From Candidatus Micrarchaeota archaeon (GTDB lineage Archaea > Micrarchaeota > Micrarchaeia > Anstonellales > Bilamarchaeaceae), in NCBI GenBank assembly GCA_043827025.1, contig JBDRPL010000009.1, forward strand, positions 17,604-81,603: 64,000 bases of DNA, read 5' to 3'. Numbering within the stretch: the first letter of the stretch is position 1; each line of letters begins with the position of its first letter. The notes beneath the pieces were generated by a model. The model was not told where the DNA came from and ran no database searches. It saw only the letters and a list, made by a program, of their open reading frames with translations. The position numbers and the translations under genes were made by a program. This document shows positions 57,519-64,000 of this stretch, in pieces.

Positions 57519-58373
57519 ATGGGAAAAAAGCTTGGTGCAGCCAGCCTTTCAATGGGAGTAAACGTAATCCTTCTGCTAAGCAAGATAGTAGTTGCATTCA
57601 TGACGGGCAGTATTGCATTGTTTGCAGAATCAGCCCATTCTTTCTTCGACCTTTTGGCATCCATATTTGCTTATCTTGGCATAAGAAAGGCAGAAGAGCC
57701 AAGCGACCATACTCATCATTTCGGCCATGAAAAGTTCGAGAACCTATCTTCGCTTCTCCAAACCCTGCTTATTGTTGGCACGGCATTTGTCATATTGTTC
57801 GAAGCCTATCAGAAATTCGAAACGCCTTCGCCAGTCGAATCCTCGGAATTGGGGATTGTGCTGATGCTTATTTCCATTCCAGTGACTGTGATGACTTCCA
57901 AATACCTTCATAAGATCGCTCATGAAGAAGGGGGTAGTTCAGCGCTTGAGGCGGATTCGGCCCATTTTGTCACTGACACCGTAAGCTCGGTTTCTGTTCT
58001 GATAGGCCTTATCCTGGTAAAATTCGGATACGGCTTTGGAGATCCGCTTTCAGCAGTATTTGTAGGGGTGATAATGCTATATATTTCATATGAGCTCGGT
58101 GTCAAATCTTTCAGGGTGTTTATGGATTTCAGCCCTGATAAGGAAACTATGGGCAAGATACAGTTTGTTCTTGAAAAGGAGAAGAGAATAACTCGGTTCC
58201 ATAAACTAAGGGCAAGAATTAGTGGCAGTAGGATACTGGTGGATGTGCATATCCATGTTCCACATGCTACAAACGTCAAGTTGGCGCACAGCATAGCCCA
58301 TGACCTCGAAACCCGAATAATACGCAAAGTTCCAAGCGTGAAGGAAGTGAGCATACATATCGAGCCTGATTAA
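57519..58373 (+). CDS. Cation diffusion facilitator (FieF-like) transporter
   Basis: H.S.FD, HHFGHEKFE, AD..H...D, IHIEP. Confidence 0.93.
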   Translation: MGKKLGAASLSMGVNVILLLSKIVVAFMTGSIALFAESAHSFFDLLASIFAYLGIRKAEEPSDHTHHFGHEKFENLSSLLQTLLIVGTAFVILFEAYQKFETPSPVESSELGIVLMLISIPVTVMTSKYLHKIAHEEGGSSALEADSAHFVTDTVSSVSVLIGLILVKFGYGFGDPLSAVFVGVIMLYISYELGVKSFRVFMDFSPDKETMGKIQFVLEKEKRITRFHKLRARISGSRILVDVHIHVPHATNVKLAHSIAHDLETRIIRKVPSVKEVSIHIEPD

Positions 58374-58410
58374 GTGTAAGGTATTTATTGCTTGTACTTG
58401 AAATGTTTAC

Positions 58411-60966
58411 ATGGCAGATTCTGATTTCTGGAAAAGAGATGCAGACAGCCTCTACTCTGGACTTCAGAGCTCTCCGTCAGGCCTAAGTTCAAGCGAAGCC
58501 AAAGCACGCCTTCAGGAATATGGCCGGAACACAATCCCGGACAAGGATAAAAGGGAATGGGTAGATGTCCTGATTGCGCAATTTATGAGCCCGCTTTTAG
58601 TAATACTTCTAATCGCTTCTGTGATTTCAGCTTATCTGGGGGATTTGTTTGATACAATAATCATAGTGGTCATAGTCATAGTCACTGTATTCCTTGGCTT
58701 CTTTCAGGAATACAAGTCTGAAAAAGTTCTCAAAGACCTGAAGAAATATATTTCCTATCATGCGGTTGTACTGCGCAATGGTGAGAAGGTCCAGGTTGAT
58801 TCAAAAGAGCTTGTGCCAGGAGACATAGTATTTGTTGGTTTGGGAGACCTGGTGCCTGCTGACCTGAGAATAATAGAGACAACAGGCATACTTGCCAACG
58901 AGAGTGTTTTGACAGGTGAATCCAAGGAAGTTCAAAAAACCTATTTGCCACAGTCTGCAAAAGCAACAACTCCCCAGGACATAAAGAACGGCCTTTTTAT
59001 GGGCACGACCATAGTGGATGGCTTTGCAAAAACAATTGTGGTTTCCACAGGCAAGGATACTTTTTTTGGCAAGACTGCAGTTCTTTTCAGCTCCAAAGTT
59101 CCTGAATCCGATTTCCAGATACAGATAAGGAAATTCGGCAATATGCTCTTCAAAATTATTTTAGTCATGACTGTTTTTGTTTTTCTTTCAAATTATGGTC
59201 TTGGTCACGGAGACAATAATGTTGCAACTGATTCCCTTCTTTTCGCTTTGGCATTTGCAATAGGCATAGCACCTGAGGCACTGCCTGCAATAATCACATT
59301 TGCCTTATCAAGCGGAAGCATGAAGCTTGCCAAAAAAGATGTCATTGTAAAAAAACTGGCTGCAATAGAGGATTTGGGTAACATGGATGTGCTTTGCACT
59401 GATAAGACAGGCACGCTCACAGAGGATGGCATACATGTCGAAGGCTATGTTGACCTTGACAAAAAAGACAGCCATGATGTTTTTGAGTATGCGTTGCTCT
59501 GCAATTCTGCAGTTGGCCATGTTCATTTCAAAGGCAACTTCATAGATGTTGCCATAAAGAAAAGAGGTCGTGAGCTGAAAACAGATTTGTCAAGGTTTGA
59601 AAAGTTGCAGACCATTCCATTCGATTTCAAGAGAAGGATGATGAGCCAGGTGGTGAAAGAGGGTGTGGATACTTATTTGATTTCAAAAGGCGCTCCTGAA
59701 TCATTGCTTTCAGCATGTGGCAAAATCAAAATAGATTCAAAGTTATACAATAAATCCGCAAAAGAGGGATATATGAAAAACCTGTTTTCTGATTACAGCA
59801 AACAGGGCCTCACCACAATAGGTGTAGCATATAAAGACCTAGAACAAAAGAGCGCCTATTCTACAGAAGATGAAAAGGGCCTGATCTTCATAGGTTTTAT
59901 TGTTCTAAGCAACCCTCCTAAGCAAGGTGTTTCGCACACTCTCGAACGGCTCAAGAAGCTGAATGTTAATCTTAAGATACTGACTGGCGATGACCCCATT
60001 GTCACAAGAAAACTATGCGAAACAGTTAACTATTCCATAAGCGGAGGCAGAGTCGTTCTTGGGAACGAGCTCGACAAAATGGATGTTTCGCAATTTTCAG
60101 AGGCAGTTGAAAAATACAATGTTTTTGCAAGGATAACTCCTGGGCAGAAGCTTGGGATTGTGGAGATGCTCAAAAAGAATGGCCATGTGGTCGGGTTCAT
60201 GGGGGATGGCATAAACGACGCGCCTTCCCTTAGGACTGCGGACGTGGGAATTTCAGTTGACAATGCAGCTGATGTTGCAAAAGGCGCTTCACATATTATA
60301 CTTCTCAAAAAAGGCCTTAATGTGATTTGCGAAGGGGTGGAAGATGGGAGAAAAATATTCGGAAACATAACAAAATACATTCTAAATACCATGAGCGCGA
60401 ACCAGGGCAATATGATAACCATAGGTTTGTCATCCTTTTTCCTCCCATTCATTCCTATGCTGCCTACGCAAATCCTGCTCAACAATCTTCTTTCAGACCT
60501 TCCCCTTTTTACAATTGCAAGCGATAATGTGGACAAGGAGCAGCTCAGGAAGCCTCAGAAATGGAATAGGAAATTTCTATTCAAGTTCATGGTTTTCTTT
60601 GGCTTGATAAGCACCATATTCGACATTCTATTCGTATGTGTCCTTTATTTTGTGATGGGCGTCAGCATAGTTGTTTTCAGGACTGCCTGGTTTCTCCAGT
60701 CTGTTCTTTCAGAGATGCTGATAGTTTTTTCACTCAGGACACGATTTCCTTTTTTCGCAAGTTCTCCTTCAAGGCTACTAATAATGAGCTCTGTTATGGC
60801 TTCATTGATTGCATTTCTGTTGGTTTATTTCACTCCAATCGGCGAGTTTTTTCATCTTGAACCGTTGGAACCCACGATTATATTATTAATGGTTGCTGTT
60901 TTAGTAGGTTACTTTGTAGCAACTGAGCTTGGTAAAAAGATATTCTATTCAAGATTTATGGATTAG
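58411..60966 (+). CDS. mgtA: Mg2+-importing P-type ATPase (MgtA-like)
   Basis: TGES, PEALP, MDVLCTDKTGT, GDGIND, SAN.GN, QILLNNLL.D. Confidence 0.85.
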   Translation: MADSDFWKRDADSLYSGLQSSPSGLSSSEAKARLQEYGRNTIPDKDKREWVDVLIAQFMSPLLVILLIASVISAYLGDLFDTIIIVVIVIVTVFLGFFQEYKSEKVLKDLKKYISYHAVVLRNGEKVQVDSKELVPGDIVFVGLGDLVPADLRIIETTGILANESVLTGESKEVQKTYLPQSAKATTPQDIKNGLFMGTTIVDGFAKTIVVSTGKDTFFGKTAVLFSSKVPESDFQIQIRKFGNMLFKIILVMTVFVFLSNYGLGHGDNNVATDSLLFALAFAIGIAPEALPAIITFALSSGSMKLAKKDVIVKKLAAIEDLGNMDVLCTDKTGTLTEDGIHVEGYVDLDKKDSHDVFEYALLCNSAVGHVHFKGNFIDVAIKKRGRELKTDLSRFEKLQTIPFDFKRRMMSQVVKEGVDTYLISKGAPESLLSACGKIKIDSKLYNKSAKEGYMKNLFSDYSKQGLTTIGVAYKDLEQKSAYSTEDEKGLIFIGFIVLSNPPKQGVSHTLERLKKLNVNLKILTGDDPIVTRKLCETVNYSISGGRVVLGNELDKMDVSQFSEAVEKYNVFARITPGQKLGIVEMLKKNGHVVGFMGDGINDAPSLRTADVGISVDNAADVAKGASHIILLKKGLNVICEGVEDGRKIFGNITKYILNTMSANQGNMITIGLSSFFLPFIPMLPTQILLNNLLSDLPLFTIASDNVDKEQLRKPQKWNRKFLFKFMVFFGLISTIFDILFVCVLYFVMGVSIVVFRTAWFLQSVLSEMLIVFSLRTRFPFFASSPSRLLIMSSVMASLIAFLLVYFTPIGEFFHLEPLEPTIILLMVAVLVGYFVATELGKKIFYSRFMD

Positions 60967-60974
60967 GTGATAAA

Positions 60975-61424
60975 ATGAAATGTATGTTGTCAGTTGTTTT
61001 TGCAATTGGACTGTTCGTTTTGTCTGGCTGTATCCAGCAAGGAAAGGCACCTTCTGAAGTCGATATGTTAGGCCTTACCTATCAAGGTTTGCAGGGTGAG
61101 GATATAGTAGAGTGCAGGGACCAGGCATGTTTTGATTCTAATCTAAAGTTCTGCAATCCTTCCAGACTTGTGACAGATAATTCAATAGGCATTTATATCC
61201 AAACCATAGAAGGGATGGATAAGGAAGAGTATTGCTGGCTTGGCTTTGCCTACCCAAAGGTTGCCTTCAAGGAAATAGAAGGAAAGAGCATGCGATGCAA
61301 AGTCCCAGCGTCAAAGCTTGGAGACGTTCCAGGATATATGGACAGCGTTCCAAAGGAACAGGTGGATTCCATTTGCGAAGGTTCTTTAATTGAATTCATG
61401 AAAACGTTATCTGCTTCAGGATGA
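60975..61424 (+). CDS. Lipoprotein, same 6-Cys domain as 39076-39687
   Basis: Lipobox LSGC; AGGTGA SD. Confidence 0.75.
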   Translation: MKCMLSVVFAIGLFVLSGCIQQGKAPSEVDMLGLTYQGLQGEDIVECRDQACFDSNLKFCNPSRLVTDNSIGIYIQTIEGMDKEEYCWLGFAYPKVAFKEIEGKSMRCKVPASKLGDVPGYMDSVPKEQVDSICEGSLIEFMKTLSASG

Positions 61425-61446
61425 TTACTTTAATTTAGGTGTTATT

Positions 61447-62103
61447 ATGAAACGCATAAAGGAATTTTTTTTGTTAAAGGATGACAAGTTCTTCGACCTA
61501 CTGACGAATCTTGCGGAGTGCGCACATTCATGTTCCTTGGAGCTGAAGCTCCTTGTGGATGATTTTGAAAAGATGGACGTGTCTCAGAGGAAGGATGTGC
61601 TGAAGAGATTATACGATTTTGAAAAGCAGGGCGATTCTTTTGTCAAATCTATCTCAGAAGCGCTTTATCATAATTTTATAACTCCCATTGACCGTGAGGA
61701 TATCCATGCCCTTGCCTCTACTCTTGATACGAGCATAGATGAGATGGAGGAAGTAGGCAAGAAAATAATGTATTATCGAGTGGATTCCATTCCGCAATTG
61801 ATGAAAAAACAGGCAGATCTCGTAGAACAGCAGAGCAGGGAGATAAAGTCTGCGGTGCAAAAAATCAAAAGCTCAAAGAGCATGAAGGACTTCTATCAAA
61901 AAATTTCTGATCTCGAAGATCAAGCCGATCATACCTATGAACTAGCAATGTCTGGACTGTTTGATCCAAATCAACAATTATTTGTAAGCAATCCTCTTAT
62001 TGTGATAAAATTGAAGGACCTTTATGGTGAATTGGAAGATATAACGGATGTTAACCAGCATCTTGCTGCAATTATAGAAGGTATAGTCATCAAGCACATC
62101 TGA
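61447..62103 (+). CDS. DUF47/PhoU-like phosphate transport regulator
   Basis: E..GD, FITPIDREDI, E..AD motifs; precedes the PiT gene. Confidence 0.9.
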   Translation: MKRIKEFFLLKDDKFFDLLTNLAECAHSCSLELKLLVDDFEKMDVSQRKDVLKRLYDFEKQGDSFVKSISEALYHNFITPIDREDIHALASTLDTSIDEMEEVGKKIMYYRVDSIPQLMKKQADLVEQQSREIKSAVQKIKSSKSMKDFYQKISDLEDQADHTYELAMSGLFDPNQQLFVSNPLIVIKLKDLYGELEDITDVNQHLAAIIEGIVIKHI

Positions 62104-62116
62104 TGCAGGTAATCCA

Positions 62117-63121
62117 ATGATAGACATGGCGATTCTGGTAGGTTTTGGCATACTGCTTGCCCTTGCATTCGATTTCGGCAATGGAAAGAATGATGCTGCC
62201 AATGCAGTTTCAACTGTTGTCGCCACTAGAGTGTTGTCGCTTGAAGGTGCTGTACTGCTATCAGCATTCTTTAATCTTGTTGCAGCATTTGTCTTTTCAA
62301 CTGAAGTTGCCAGCACCATGGGTAAAGGAGTGGTTGATATAAACATAATCAATGTTTATGTTGTCATAGCTGCCCTTGTTTCAGCTGTTCTTTGGATCTA
62401 CGGACTGTCCTGGCTTGGGATGCCAATTTCCGCAAGCCATTCGTTGATTGGAGGGCTTATTGGCGCTGCCATAGCTGCTGCTGGCTTAGGAGTGCTTAAT
62501 TTTGATGGAGTGAGCAAAATAGTCCTTTTCATCTTTCTCGCGCCTCTCCTGAGCATGGTGGCTGCATATTTCTTTTCCATATTCATGCTTTTCATACTTC
62601 GAAGAGTTCCTCCTGGCAAGGTGCAGGGTCATTTCAAGAAACTGCAGCTCATCTCTGTTTCCATTTACAGTCTTGGCCATGGTACGAATGACGCACAGAA
62701 GACCATGGGAATGATTACATTGCTATTGTTTCTTGGCGGTTATTTGGGCGACAGCTTCCATATTCCCTTTTGGGTTGTCCTTTTATCTCATTTCACCATT
62801 GCACTAGGTACTCTTGCAGGTGGCAAACAGATTGTAAAGACAATGGCCACTAAAATAACTAGACTTAGGCCATTTGATGGCTTTTGCGCCGAGACTTCTG
62901 GGGCTGCAGTTATAATTGCCTGCAGCACTTTTGGTATTCCTGTGAGTACAACACATGTGATTGCAGGTTCGATCACAGGAACAGGAGTTCTCAAACGAAC
63001 TTCAGCAGTTAATTGGCTTATTGCAAAGAAGATTGTTTCGGCCTGGTTTCTTACAATTCCATTGACTGCATTTGCAGGTGCGCTTGTTTACTGGGGACTG
63101 AAACTTGCCGTTGGATTCTGA
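62117..63121 (+). CDS. PiT-family inorganic phosphate transporter
   Basis: GKNDAANA and HGTNDAQK signatures, P.S.SH / PVSTTH. Confidence 0.93.
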   Translation: MIDMAILVGFGILLALAFDFGNGKNDAANAVSTVVATRVLSLEGAVLLSAFFNLVAAFVFSTEVASTMGKGVVDINIINVYVVIAALVSAVLWIYGLSWLGMPISASHSLIGGLIGAAIAAAGLGVLNFDGVSKIVLFIFLAPLLSMVAAYFFSIFMLFILRRVPPGKVQGHFKKLQLISVSIYSLGHGTNDAQKTMGMITLLLFLGGYLGDSFHIPFWVVLLSHFTIALGTLAGGKQIVKTMATKITRLRPFDGFCAETSGAAVIIACSTFGIPVSTTHVIAGSITGTGVLKRTSAVNWLIAKKIVSAWFLTIPLTAFAGALVYWGLKLAVGF

Positions 63122-63259
63122 TCTGTCTGCCAGAAACGTATCTTTATATTTGTAGTTATGCATTGCAAACAGATGGCTTCAATGGAAGGCCTGCGGATCC
63201 GAATGCAAGATGCCTTACCAATGATCTGATGATACTTTCTTTTTGAGAAAAAAATAGAT

Positions 63260-63334
63260 TGCTCCGTCCGGGATTCGAACCCGGGTCGACGGAGTGAAAG
63301 TCCGATATCCTTAACCGGGCTAGACTAACGGAGC
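63260..63334 (-). tRNA. tRNA-Glu(TTC), intronless
   Basis: GCTCCGT...TCGGA-CT-TTC-AC-TCCGT...CCGGG-TTCGAAT-CCCGG-ACGGAGC-A; no encoded CCA. Confidence 0.95.
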
Positions 63335-63469
63335 ATATATGTCCCTGTCTCTAGGGAAATAAGGATAATAGTTCAGGGTGTAAACGTTTTTAATGCTTTA
63401 TCCCAGTCTTAATACTTTGACCAGTCATGCCTTCGGAACATTTTTAAGCATTTAATCCGCATTAAACTT

Positions 63470-63754
63470 ATGCAAAAAAGGACATTATGCGACGAATTGG
63501 CAGTGGAAAGAACAAGATTAGCAGAAGAAAGGACTTATTTGGCATACATACGGACAGGTTTCAATCTCGTTCTTGCAGGGCTGTTTTTTATAGGTTATTT
63601 TCAAATAGATGCTTTCTACGTAAATATTGGCTATGTTACTGTTTTGCTAGGCGTCGTGTTCATCACATATGGGTTTTATTACCATGAAAAAACAAAGGCA
63701 ATTATAAATAAAATCATTGGAAAACTTCTCCATTTTAACAGAAAAGCACGATAA
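63470..63754 (+). CDS. DUF202/YidH small membrane protein
   Basis: LA.ERT.LA.ERT.LAYIRT. Confidence 0.88.
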   Translation: MQKRTLCDELAVERTRLAEERTYLAYIRTGFNLVLAGLFFIGYFQIDAFYVNIGYVTVLLGVVFITYGFYYHEKTKAIINKIIGKLLHFNRKAR

Positions 63755-63756
63755 TT

Positions 63757-64000
63757 TCAATTCTTTATCTCTTTTCTTATTTGTTTGTAAACCTCTTCAA
63801 TAGACTTGTTCGCATCAATCTTTACCCATTTTGTCATGTATTTTTCTTCATACAATTTGAGGAAGTTCTGCCTCACTCTTTCTAGGAACTCTTTATCAGC
63901 TTCGTGCCTGTCTAGTTGTTTTTGCCTCTTTTTCCTTTCGAATGAGATTGAAGATGGAATATCAAGCAGAATTACCTTGTTCGGCTTGATGAATTGTCTA
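63757..64000 (-). CDS. tmk: Thymidylate kinase, C-terminal part (runs off the window)
   Basis: Read directly: KPNKVILLDIP...DRHEADKEFLERVRQNFLKL...IDANKSIEEV. Confidence 0.8.
   Translation of the reverse strand, partial: RQFIKPNKVILLDIPSSISFERKKRQKQLDRHEADKEFLERVRQNFLKLYEEKYMTKWVKIDANKSIEEVYKQIRKEIKN

Noticed and set aside
63170..63235. Possible second C/D sRNA (CCGA...CTGA) downstream of a TATA-like box
   Set aside because: No convincing box C or C' at the proper spacing.
1..64000. Genome-wide TAG recoding
   Set aside because: The ferredoxin, tnpA, thyX and 45031-47586 genes end at TAG at plausible C-termini; only one internal TAG was seen.
1..64000. CRISPR array, DGR, integrase/provirus, rRNA
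   Set aside because: No regularly spaced repeats, reverse transcriptase, integrase or rRNA signatures were seen by eye.

Overview
A 64-kb archaeal chromosomal window, most consistent with a DPANN lineage such as Micrarchaeota. This is an inference from aCPSF1, the proteasome beta subunit, TFE, separate PriS/PriL, a DGGGPL reductase, Sec61beta, TATA/leaderless genes and multi-intron tRNAs. It carries housekeeping genes (thyX/folC/folD, pyrF, H+-PPase, two P-type ATPases, dhs, Pi transporter, partial tmk), several Cys-rich surface proteins and many standalone orphan genes. Features not in the ORF track: tRNA-Trp(CCA) with introns at 15/16 and 37/38, tRNA-Leu(TAA) with introns at 37/38 and 59/60, tRNA-Glu(TTC), a C/D-box sRNA whose guide matches the 23S A-loop (U2552 equivalent), an unassigned ~157-nt structured RNA before pyrF, Sec61beta and a 4xCxxC micro-protein. 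Best candidates for novelty: (1) a six-gene chromosomal operon built on a split VirB4/HerA-type ATPase with a duplicated C-terminal domain and a large membrane-anchored protein, with no mobility genes; (2) dispersed orphans sharing an N-terminal FA[QR][QK] motif, possibly its substrates; (3) a tnpA-only IS200 element that splits a gene and whose internal sequences are complementary to both apparent target flanks; (4) a signal-peptide protein with outer-membrane beta-barrel-like periodicity. All calls come from reading the sequence and ORF track; no database searches were run.
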